A model generated the notes under the pieces. The model had not been told where the DNA came from, made no database searches, and was given only the letters and a program-made list of their open reading frames with translations. The translations under genes were made by a program, and so were the position numbers. Of a stretch of DNA of 64,000 bases, positions 57,401-63,895 are shown one piece after another (within the stretch, counting starts at the first letter, position 1; every line of letters begins with the position of its first letter). Source of the stretch: a virus; IMG/VR virus record IMGVR_UViG_3300024503_000419. One strand, 5' to 3'.

Positions 57401-57848
57401 GGTAACGCTCTAGCATCACCTCTGGTGTTAGATCTGCCTGGTGGTGGGTTTCATACTCATTTCCATACTCTGCTCCATCCTGAGCCATCATATAGGGCAC
57501 AGCTACAAGAAACCTCTTGTCCATCAGGTCAAAGTCTGTAAGCAGGTTTTTAGCTGTGCCTGAGGGTAGGTGTTCTAGAATATCCCCTAAGATGATAAAG
57601 TCATAGGGTCTAACATCAAAGGTGACAATATCCCCTACATAAACATTATCATATTTAGCTCTCAGATTGAACTGATCTACATATGGAGCCCATATCTCTA
57701 CAGCATCCATCCTATATCCTAAATTCCTTAGCAAATCAGAATATGTTCCCTGTCCAGGACCTACATCTAGAATGCGTGTTGATAGGGGAATATTGTCTAT
57801 AAACCACTGCTTTATTTCAGGCTTGAAGTAGGTGTAACTGTTTGGCAT
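54396..57848 (-). CDS. Four-domain enzyme: class I methyltransferase, GT-A glycosyltransferase, GT4 glycosyltransferase and Aah/TibC-type protein O-heptosyltransferase
   Basis: ILDVGPGQG/GDILEH; AYVDSD (DxD); FLAPHLSTGGMP...ECNPLVIREA; SLGDTIAWMPY...FIGLSSGLSWLAWA...CHGCW...WCPVHKGTDRQWEC. Start placed at the ATG at 57848, downstream of the promoter. Confidence 0.85.
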   Translation of the reverse strand: MPNSYTYFKPEIKQWFIDNIPLSTRILDVGPGQGTYSDLLRNLGYRMDAVEIWAPYVDQFNLRAKYDNVYVGDIVTFDVRPYDFIILGDILEHLPSGTAKNLLTDFDLMDKRFLVAVPYMMAQDGAEYGNEYETHHQADLTPEVMLERYPGLEKLYDNQWYGYYVNQDIRWEKAYVLYATESYKDTVQACVDSLRTFSSLPVMVYMLNSDVDIKGAATFRWDCKTKDLPQQKYIDRANPDIYNILIQRPLIVKEALKHAKTVAYVDSDSVATKYVDRIFDYFPVKSAYPYFTEGIYEWMISNGRGGADSRDDLSTTLEHPACELFGVDQYIRDKYRQTGYFVAGEYCQEFLDSWWWMCNHPKVLQNPQYYAPYHEETIANVLLWKYKALDGLPYIYMNGSLNTVNNVTFRTKKQHLAHFVAVPADVDQLLFYHGEKDAVTMYRMLERQKNQLKILFLAPHLSTGGMPAFLLERIADLLAYSKSKIIVVEYSNHSDHFVVQKNQIKEIAHHFYTLGENKMEVIDIIKRHAVDIVHVDEMVEDGWNNWPEEVRQALYSPNRTWRMIETCHNIVFKPDLEKRYHPDAYAFCTPHHLKTFANMPSRKEVIEFPIVKKESEPIDLGPGKHVLNVGLWTAGKNQGEAVELARQMPDVQFHFVGNQAGNFQHYWEPIMKDIPPNVHVWGERDDVGRFMAAADVFLFNSTFECNPLVIREAIGYGLPILARNLPQYGDMFTQYITDLKPEKMKEQLTQLLDTDVSYDIPEGQKLDFAQKHIDLYQEVMNRPIQPDKELINITHTFIHEPFLEITGNSKSTFTVRFYDEQGVCHYENKIKVNHWVKLNRRWFTKWTIKVWKDESIYYEYTLNYEGQRVYIAMDSKSLGDTIAWMPYVLEFKRKHNCHVTVSTFKNFLFESVYPELEFVEPGTGVGNILGMYSVGWFYDGNKEPALCNTIPLQQTATNILGLDFQEIRPRLAFTPGNNSYGRYVTIATNSTAGCKFWQKEDWQLTINFLHENGYKIVNVSKEKNPFDNCEQLEDTSMENTMNVIHHSEFFIGLSSGLSWLAWALNKQVVMISNFTAADHEFSCIRITNENVCHGCWNKAEYRFDAGDWNWCPVHKGTDRQWECQTSIKSEDVIKKIQSWNLIGEHQTPYL

Positions 57849-57868
57849 AACTGATTGGCTTTCTGTTA

Positions 57869-57900
57869 CAAAGATAGAAAAAAGATTTGGTAGTTTCAAA
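57869..57900 (-). promoter_or_regulatory. Bacteroidota-type promoter driving the glycosyltransferase-FkbM-hldD operon
   Basis: Minus strand: TTTG (57900-57897), 20-nt spacer, TATCTTTG (57876-57869): perfect consensus. Confidence 0.85.
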
Positions 57901-57917
57901 TAAATTACATAGATTTG
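57886..57917 (+). promoter_or_regulatory. Bacteroidota-type promoter driving cupin-hldC-hldA
   Basis: TTTG (57886-57889), 20-nt spacer, TAGATTTG (57910-57917): perfect consensus; overlaps the divergent promoter. Confidence 0.85.
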
Positions 57918-57953
57918 CCCCACAAGTGGAGTGTATCCACTTTATGCTATATT

Positions 57954-58301
57954 ATGCACGAACTACATAAAGTTGAGAAGGGTTGGGGTCACGAACTCTG
58001 GATCCATAACTCCCCAGAATACTGCGGAAAACTGCTGGTTTTCAAGGCTGGCAAGAAGTTCTCAATGCACTTCCACAAGATAAAGCAGGAGAGCTGGTAT
58101 GTAAGCAAAGGGTCCTTCCAATATACATGGGTGGACATGTCTACAGGCACCCTCTATACAGACTATCTGAAGGAAGGAGATGCTCTAACCATTATGCCCT
58201 ACCACCCTCACCAGCTGGAAGCTCTAGAAGATGGCATCATATTTGAGGTGAGTACACAACACTTTGATGAAGATAGCTACAGACTATGGAAGGGGGACTA
58301 A
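57954..58301 (+). CDS. Cupin-fold sugar(-phosphate) isomerase-like protein
   Basis: VEKGWGHE, SMHFHKIKQESW, PYHPHQL and FEVST cupin metal motifs; start placed at the ATG at 57954. Confidence 0.8.
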   Translation: MHELHKVEKGWGHELWIHNSPEYCGKLLVFKAGKKFSMHFHKIKQESWYVSKGSFQYTWVDMSTGTLYTDYLKEGDALTIMPYHPHQLEALEDGIIFEVSTQHFDEDSYRLWKGD

Positions 58302-58696
58302 GGGTATGGGTGAATGGAGCATTTGATGTCCTGCATATAGGGCATATTCAACTCCTTAAAAGAGCTAAAGAGTTTGGTAGTGTGAGAGTGGGTGTTGATA
58401 GTGACGCACGTGTTGCAGAATTAAAAGGTGATAGTAGACCATTTAACAAGCTGTCTGACAGAATAGATTTCCTGAAGAGCATTAGGTATGTGGATGAGAT
58501 AGTATCATATGATTCTGAGGAAGAGCTCACCAACCAAATCAAACTTTATGAACCAGACATCATGGTGATAGGATCTGACTACATGGGAAAAAGAATAGTG
58601 GGGGCTGAATATATAACACAGATAGTATTCTTTGACAGAATAGAACATAAATCAACTACATCAATATTAGGGTATGAAGCTGGTGGTAATAGGTGA
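58286..58696 (+). CDS. hldC: D-glycero-beta-D-manno-heptose 1-phosphate adenylyltransferase (RfaE/HldE domain II)
   Basis: NGAFDVLHIGH, GVDSDARV..LKGDSRPFN, GSDY. Confidence 0.82.
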   Translation: MEGGLRVWVNGAFDVLHIGHIQLLKRAKEFGSVRVGVDSDARVAELKGDSRPFNKLSDRIDFLKSIRYVDEIVSYDSEEELTNQIKLYEPDIMVIGSDYMGKRIVGAEYITQIVFFDRIEHKSTTSILGYEAGGNR

Positions 58697-59414
58697 TGTC
58701 TGCAAGGATGTCTTCATCTATGGAGACTGTAAACGCTTAAGTCCAGAAGCACCTGTACCTGTATTTAATCCAGTGGAAACAATAGAGAACTCAGGAATGG
58801 CTGGTAACGTGGTAGCCAATCTAAGTGCTATCAACCCCAACCTGCAGATAAATTTCCATCACAACTTTGAGAACATTACCAAAACCAGGTATGTAGATAA
58901 GAAGACCAATCACCTTTTCCTAAGAGTGGACGATGAGCCAAAGGTGAATAGAATATTCCTCACAGCTCAGCTTATTGAGGATGTAGAAACTGCAGATGCT
59001 GTGATTGTGAGTGACTATGACAAGGGATATCTAACAGAAGATGACCTGCAATATATAGCTGTTAAAGCTAAGTGGTCCATCTTAGACAGCAAGAAGCATT
59101 TAAAACCACACACCATATCAAACTATTCATTCATCAAACTGAATGAATCTGAATACAATAAAAACAAACAGTCTCTAATTTACATGAGAGACAAAGTGAT
59201 AGTGACACTTAGTTCCAAAGGAGCAATGCATAAAGATGTTACATACAGCTCCCCAAGTCCAAAAGAAACTATAGATGTAAGTGGTGCAGGAGATACGTTC
59301 GTTGCAGCATTTACAATTAAATACTTGGAAACCAAAGACATATCTACGTCTATTGAATATGCCAATCTTATGTCATCTATTGTGGTGGGTAAGAGAGGTG
59401 TTGTAACCCCATAA
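58674..59414 (+). CDS. hldA: D-glycero-D-manno-heptose 7-phosphate kinase (RfaE/HldE domain I, PfkB family)
   Basis: IGDVCKDVFIYG..KRLSPEAPVPV, GMAGNV..NL, VSDYDKG, DVSGAGDTF. Confidence 0.88.
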   Translation: MKLVVIGDVCKDVFIYGDCKRLSPEAPVPVFNPVETIENSGMAGNVVANLSAINPNLQINFHHNFENITKTRYVDKKTNHLFLRVDDEPKVNRIFLTAQLIEDVETADAVIVSDYDKGYLTEDDLQYIAVKAKWSILDSKKHLKPHTISNYSFIKLNESEYNKNKQSLIYMRDKVIVTLSSKGAMHKDVTYSSPSPKETIDVSGAGDTFVAAFTIKYLETKDISTSIEYANLMSSIVVGKRGVVTP

Positions 59415-59486
59415 ATAATTTCTAACTACATAGCACACTATTCCTGTTCGGAGGGAAGGGTGTGCTATTTTCCATTATGTAATGAA

Positions 59487-59774
59487 ATGAAAGAGAACGA
59501 GTCTGTAACAGCAATCAAATCTTGGGTGTTCCCAGGTCTCATCACAGTGCTAGCAGCCATTATTTGGAGTGATGTACAAGAGATCAAGTCTGATGTAAAG
59601 GCCCTAATGGCCCAGTCAAACATTGATAAAACTAGGATTGATAACCTAGAACGAATAATATACCAACAAAACGATCCCATAAAAACCTTCTATCCAGGTT
59701 CAGAAAGAACCTTGGCAATATTGCCAAACAACAATTTTGAATTTAAAAAGAAGGAAAATGAAAAAGTTCTTTAG
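59487..59774 (+). CDS. Single-pass membrane protein with coiled coil (lysis-module)
   Basis: WVFPGLITVLAAIIW transmembrane segment followed by a heptad region. Confidence 0.5.
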   Translation: MKENESVTAIKSWVFPGLITVLAAIIWSDVQEIKSDVKALMAQSNIDKTRIDNLERIIYQQNDPIKTFYPGSERTLAILPNNNFEFKKKENEKVL

Positions 59775-60012
59775 TGACTTATTCAATGATGACAACAAGA
59801 TTAATGAAAAAAGCTTCATTGGTTTTCTTGCATTTGTAATGATGACAGTGTTTGCTGTGTCAGACATCGTTACAGGATCTCTTGGTAAGGATCTGGTTAT
59901 TAATGACTTCATTTTTAACGCGTTCCTCTACCTCACTCTTGGATGTTTTGGTATAGCATCCATAGACAAATACATTAACAAAAAAGGTGATAGTGATGAA
60001 CAAGCTTCTTAG
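59758..60012 (+). CDS. Putative holin
   Basis: 84 aa, two transmembrane helices, charged C-terminus, upstream of the endolysin. Confidence 0.6.
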   Translation: MKKFFSDLFNDDNKINEKSFIGFLAFVMMTVFAVSDIVTGSLGKDLVINDFIFNAFLYLTLGCFGIASIDKYINKKGDSDEQAS

Positions 60013-60589
60013 TGTAATTATCGTAGTGCTTATAGGCTTTTTAGTATTCAAAGGAAATGGATGTGGAGGGGATGTCCCCAAAGCTGACACAGTGGTGGTG
60101 CATGACACATCATGGCAAGTGCATGATAGCCTCATCATTAAGAAGATGAAGGTGAAAGAAGTGATTCATGACACACTGCCTCCTGAGTATATAGCTGATA
60201 CAAACTACCCAAAGCTGAAGGCACAATACGAAGAATTGGCTAAAGCTTTCCTGGCTAAGAAGATATACGCTGATACACTAAAACTTGACACTCTAGGATA
60301 TATAGCTGTAGCTGACACTGTACAGAAGAATGAACTTCAGAATAGATCGTATGACTACAAATATAAAATCCCAACAATCACCAACACTGTCACCATAACA
60401 AAACAAGACCCACCTAAAGGTGCTTTATATGTAGGAGGCGGTGTGTCTGGAGAGAAAACCAATGGAATAAATTCTGTAAGAGGAGGGTTGCTTTACAAAA
60501 CCAAGAAGAACACCATGTTTGGTGTACATACTGGCTTTGCAAACAACCAGCTGGTTTATGGAATAGACGCTTATTGGAAACTTAAATAA
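59996..60589 (+). CDS. Membrane-anchored periplasmic protein, spanin-like or lysis accessory
   Basis: N-terminal hydrophobic anchor, DTVVVHDT repeats, C-terminal beta-strands ending in aromatic residues (YGIDAYWKLK). Confidence 0.5.
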   Translation: MNKLLSVIIVVLIGFLVFKGNGCGGDVPKADTVVVHDTSWQVHDSLIIKKMKVKEVIHDTLPPEYIADTNYPKLKAQYEELAKAFLAKKIYADTLKLDTLGYIAVADTVQKNELQNRSYDYKYKIPTITNTVTITKQDPPKGALYVGGGVSGEKTNGINSVRGGLLYKTKKNTMFGVHTGFANNQLVYGIDAYWKLK

Positions 60590-60596
60590 ACTATAA

Positions 60597-60725
60597 ATGG
60601 AAAAATTGATTGAGCTCTTAAAGAGTCTGTTCAGCAAGGGTGGCCTTGTTGAGAAGGTTAAAACCATCAAACAATTAGACAAAGAAGTTAAGAAAATAAT
60701 CCCTGCTAAAAAAAAGAAGAAATGA
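60597..60725 (+). CDS. Small basic protein, 42 aa (not in the ORF track)
   Basis: MEKLIELLKSLFSKGGLVEKVKTIKQLDKEVKKIIPAKKKKK*; ATGA overlap with the endolysin. Confidence 0.55.
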   Translation: MEKLIELLKSLFSKGGLVEKVKTIKQLDKEVKKIIPAKKKKK

Positions 60726-61321
60726 ACCTAGAGAAACTGAAAGGACATATACCAGATGATGTGATTGCACAAATCCCTGAGGTGGGAGAGAAGTTTCAAA
60801 TCAATTCTCCTCTCAGACTAGCCCATTTCCTTGCACAGTGTGGACATGAGAGTGGTGGGTTTAAATTCAAATCAGAGAACCTCAACTACTCAGCTGAAAT
60901 CCTCAGAAAGGTGTTCCCTAAATACTTCCCAGACATTGTTGTAGCTAAGCAATACGAGCGTAAGCCAGAAGCTATTGCTAGCAGAGTGTACGGAGGGCGT
61001 ATGGGTAATGGTCCTGAGGCTTCAAAAGAGGGGTTCAAGTACAAGGGTCGTGGCTTCATCCAACTCACAGGGAAGCAGAACTACACTGCATTTGATGCTA
61101 CAGTGCCTGAAGATATACTAGCTAATCCAGACTTGGTAGCCACTAAATACCCCCTACTTTCAGCAGCCTGGTTCTGGAATAGCAGGAAGCTGAACAGCAT
61201 AGCTGATCAGGGAGCAACGGATGAAGTGGTTACCAAGATTACCAAGCTGGTAAACGGTGGCACCATAGGACTAGCAGATAGGATTAAACACTTCAAAGAA
61301 TATCATAAACTGTTAGGATAA
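60722..61321 (+). CDS. Endolysin, glycoside hydrolase family 19
   Basis: RLAHFLAQCGHESGGF, ENLNYSA, YKGRGFIQLTGKQNY, SAAWFW, ITKLVNGG. Confidence 0.92.
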   Translation: MNLEKLKGHIPDDVIAQIPEVGEKFQINSPLRLAHFLAQCGHESGGFKFKSENLNYSAEILRKVFPKYFPDIVVAKQYERKPEAIASRVYGGRMGNGPEASKEGFKYKGRGFIQLTGKQNYTAFDATVPEDILANPDLVATKYPLLSAAWFWNSRKLNSIADQGATDEVVTKITKLVNGGTIGLADRIKHFKEYHKLLG

Positions 61322-61704
61322 TGGCAAACGCTCAACCTAAACCCAAACCTAAAAGATCTAGGAGATCTGGACTTAAGAAAGCCAAGCTTATTAAGAAAAA
61401 CATTGATGTGATCTATAATTTATGGACACAGATGAACGCTCAACAGCTTACAATCATCATCATTATTATAGGGTTGTTTATAAGCAGTTGTGCTAATGTT
61501 AAATATGTTTATGTTGACCCCAAAGACTCAGTGGTGAGAAGACAGAGAGTAGTATATGACAACTATATAGCACCTAGTCCTTTTTATGATCCGTTCTTTA
61601 GGCCCTATTTCTGGGGACCTAGACAGATTATAATTGTACCTAGAAACCAGCCCCAAAGACCAGGATTTGGTCCATTGCCCCCAACACCTAAACCCCGTAG
61701 ATAA
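61321..61704 (+). CDS. Pro-rich lipoprotein, candidate o-spanin (likely start at 61432)
   Basis: MNAQQLTIIIIIIGLFISSC lipobox-like signal; Pro-rich C-terminus. Confidence 0.5.
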   Translation: MANAQPKPKPKRSRRSGLKKAKLIKKNIDVIYNLWTQMNAQQLTIIIIIIGLFISSCANVKYVYVDPKDSVVRRQRVVYDNYIAPSPFYDPFFRPYFWGPRQIIIVPRNQPQRPGFGPLPPTPKPRR

Positions 61705-61705
61705 A

Positions 61706-62011
61706 ATGGCTACATCGAAAAAAGGAGTGAGCGTATCAGCCAATCCTCTTCCAATATCCTTTAAAGACTTTGCAAAGAATCCTGTAGTGGGCACCCTGTT
61801 TCTGGTGCTCATTGCTATTTCCTACCTGTATATAGACATTCGTTCTACATTCCAAGATCAAGCTAGAAAGCAAGATGCTCGCATTGAGAAGGTGGAAGGA
61901 AGACTAGACCTTGTACAGGATGCCCTAAGAAGAAGTGACAGTGCTAAGGCTGTAACAAGTACACAGCTTAGGACCCTTCAAGAACTAGGAGCCATCAAAA
62001 AAGTTAACTGA
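61706..62011 (+). CDS. Membrane-anchored coiled-coil protein, candidate i-spanin
   Basis: Transmembrane segment VVGTLFLVLIAISYLYI plus coiled coil. Confidence 0.5.
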   Translation: MATSKKGVSVSANPLPISFKDFAKNPVVGTLFLVLIAISYLYIDIRSTFQDQARKQDARIEKVEGRLDLVQDALRRSDSAKAVTSTQLRTLQELGAIKKVN

Positions 62012-62343
62012 TGAAACAACTTTTACCCATAATCCTTATAGTTTTCTATTCTTGCCAATCTGGTAATGCTCAAAAGGTAGACCCTACACTTGGTGAAGAT
62101 AGAGAGTTTGAGGAGTTTATGAAACAAGTGAATTATAATCAAGCAGTTGCAGCAAAAATACAAGCTGAAGCTGCCAAAAGCCAAACCAAACTAGTAGAAC
62201 AAACAGTATCCAAAATTGTCACCCTCAAAACTGAGGTGACAACATTAAAAACAGAACTCAACGATGTTAAACAAAAGCTTGATAGCGTTACTGCTGACAC
62301 TGGGAACACTTACAGGGTGGTCCCAATCGACCACTTACCCTAA
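62011..62343 (+). CDS. Coiled-coil lipoprotein
   Basis: MKQLLPIILIVFYSC signal and heptad repeats. Confidence 0.55.
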   Translation: MKQLLPIILIVFYSCQSGNAQKVDPTLGEDREFEEFMKQVNYNQAVAAKIQAEAAKSQTKLVEQTVSKIVTLKTEVTTLKTELNDVKQKLDSVTADTGNTYRVVPIDHLP

Positions 62344-62665
62344 AACCAAAAGGATAGGACAGGACTCTGTCGTAATAATAACCATCAAGCAAGCTGACCA
62401 AATTAATGATACATTCCGTCTTTACAAAGACAGCATAGCATTAACCATAGACAGCATAATAAAACAGAAAAAACTATTAGACAGCCTCAGGTTGGAACAT
62501 TACAACCTAAAGAACGCTCCAAATGAATACAAATGGAAGTATGAGGCCAATAGGGAGATCTACTTCAAAAGAGAAGAGTCTATAAAGAGGGATGAGAAAT
62601 ACCATTTCCTTCAGAAGATAATGCTTGTAGGTCTTGTTGTATTCTTATTCTCTCAATTAAAATAA
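62264..62665 (+). CDS. Exported protein with a C-terminal membrane anchor
   Basis: N-terminal signal peptide (LIALLLTLGTLTGWSQ); C-terminal KIMLVGLVVFLFS. Confidence 0.5.
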   Translation: MLNKSLIALLLTLGTLTGWSQSTTYPKTKRIGQDSVVIITIKQADQINDTFRLYKDSIALTIDSIIKQKKLLDSLRLEHYNLKNAPNEYKWKYEANREIYFKREESIKRDEKYHFLQKIMLVGLVVFLFSQLK

Positions 62666-62670
62666 ACCAC

Positions 62671-62802
62671 ATGGCAAAAGCAAAAACCAGCAAAGGAGAA
62701 GCTACAAAGATCTCCTTTGGCAAAAGAAAGAAGGGCAAAGCTCAGAAAACTCAGGGTCCTAAAGACAAACCAGTGAGCAAGTATAGGGGGCAAGGAAGAT
62801 GA
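62671..62802 (+). CDS. Small basic protein, 43 aa (not in the ORF track)
   Basis: MAKAKTSKGEATKISFGKRKKGKAQKTQGPKDKPVSKYRGQGR*. Confidence 0.65.
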   Translation: MAKAKTSKGEATKISFGKRKKGKAQKTQGPKDKPVSKYRGQGR

Positions 62803-62942
62803 AAAAGATCCTATCCCTAATAGTGTTAGGTTGGGTAACCGTGGCATTATTCATACAGCTTACATTCGTAACACTGTCTTTCACAAACCCTGATAAGGCT
62901 ACACAGCTGGCTAGAAGAATGATGAACACCATCTCTAACTAA
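62799..62942 (+). CDS. Small membrane protein, 47 aa (not in the ORF track)
   Basis: MKKILSLIVLGWVTVALFIQLTFVTLSFTNPDKATQLARRMMNTISN*; ATGA overlap. Confidence 0.55.
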   Translation: MKKILSLIVLGWVTVALFIQLTFVTLSFTNPDKATQLARRMMNTISN

Positions 62943-62993
62943 GTTAGTTAGAGTCGTTTTAATCAATCTTGTTATTGTAATTTGTTGAGGCTC

Positions 62994-63024
62994 ATTGTTT
63001 TTTGTTATAAACACCATATTTTTG
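62994..63024 (+). promoter_or_regulatory. Bacteroidota-type promoter
   Basis: ATTG (62994-62997), 19-nt spacer, TATTTTTG (63017-63024). Confidence 0.55.
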
Positions 63025-63031
63025 TATACTT

Positions 63032-63679
63032 ATGGCCATACCATCCCGTCAGATAGGCTGGGGCACACAGGACAACCTGCTGTGGCAGATTGCAAAGCAA
63101 CTGGAGGGAGCCTCTTGTCAGCTCTGTACGTTGAATGATAACATAGCCACTATTACAGGCACCTCTGGTACAAGTGGGACTAGTGGTGTTAGCGGATCTA
63201 ATGGTACATCAGGTACCAGTGGGCTTTCTAGTTTTAAATACGGATCTTTCTATAGCACTGTGGATCAATCACTTGCAAAGGATGCTATAGGACCTTTTAC
63301 ATTTAACAACACAGACCTAAGTAATGGTGTTAGTGTGGTTTCTAGTTCAAGAATTACACTGGCTAACGCTGGTAAATACAACATCCAGTTTAGTGCACAG
63401 TTTCATCACATAGGTGGTGGAGGATCTGGGGAAACAGTGAACATATGGCTTGCTAAAAACGGCTCAGATATAGCTGACTCAAACACAAGACTCACTATCA
63501 CCTCTAGTACTAAGTATAGTGTGGCAGCCTGGAACTTCTTTGTAGATGCTTCAGGAGGAGACTATTATGAAATCATCTGGTCTACAGATAATGCCAATAT
63601 AAAAATAGAACATGAGGCTGCTGGTGTGCATCCTGCTATACCATCAATAATTTTAACAGTCAATCAAATAGGAATATAA
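63032..63679 (+). CDS. Short fibre/decoration protein: anchor module, GTS linker, C1q/BclA-CTD-like head
   Basis: GTSGTSGTSGVSGSNGTSGTSG linker; YGSFY...ITLANAGKYNIQFSAQF...GDYYEIIWS jelly-roll pattern. Confidence 0.7.
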   Translation: MAIPSRQIGWGTQDNLLWQIAKQLEGASCQLCTLNDNIATITGTSGTSGTSGVSGSNGTSGTSGLSSFKYGSFYSTVDQSLAKDAIGPFTFNNTDLSNGVSVVSSSRITLANAGKYNIQFSAQFHHIGGGGSGETVNIWLAKNGSDIADSNTRLTITSSTKYSVAAWNFFVDASGGDYYEIIWSTDNANIKIEHEAAGVHPAIPSIILTVNQIGI

Positions 63680-63680
63680 C

Positions 63681-63830
63681 ATGGCAATACCATCAAGGGG
63701 CATAGGTTGGGGTACAACGGAGAACTTGTTGTGGCAAATTAGCAAACAGCTGGAAGGAATATCTTGCCAGCTTTGTGATTTGAATAACAATTTCACTACC
63801 ACCACAACCACCACCACATCACCAGTGTAA
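63681..63830 (+). CDS. 49-aa paralogue of the preceding anchor module with a poly-Thr tail (not in the ORF track)
   Basis: MAIPSRGIGWGTTENLLWQISKQLEGISCQLCDLNNNFTTTTTTTTSPV*. Confidence 0.8.
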   Translation: MAIPSRGIGWGTTENLLWQISKQLEGISCQLCDLNNNFTTTTTTTTSPV

Positions 63831-63895
63831 TATTTTGCGCAAAGTACCTAAAACAGGTACCGTTCGCAAATTTTTTATAACCAACAAAACTACAT

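Noticed and set aside
50282-57848. Enzymes acting as DNA hypermodification machinery
   Set aside because: No nucleotide-modifying genes (hydroxymethylase, kinase, TET/JBP) are present here, the island is in the late structural region, and the TibC family acts on proteins. This cannot be fully excluded for the GT4 or GT-A domains
57849-57953. ORF-track starts at 57923 (minus), 57915 (plus) and 53842 (minus)
   Set aside because: The first two extensions run through the divergent promoters, and the third lies far inside the FkbM gene; downstream ATGs at 57848, 57954 and 53794 fit family N-termini
50232-59414. Bacterial LPS/capsule island or host contamination (chimeric assembly)
   Set aside because: There are no transporters, polymerases or Wzx/Wzy/ABC genes; the genes are compact and overlapping like the phage genes, use the same promoter and leader style, and lie between fibre and lysis genes. 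Read-level confirmation is still advisable
52979-59414. ADP-heptose made as an ALPK1-TIFA immune agonist
   Set aside because: Nothing in the sequence indicates an animal-associated niche, and the adjacent heptosyltransferase provides a direct sink for the donor
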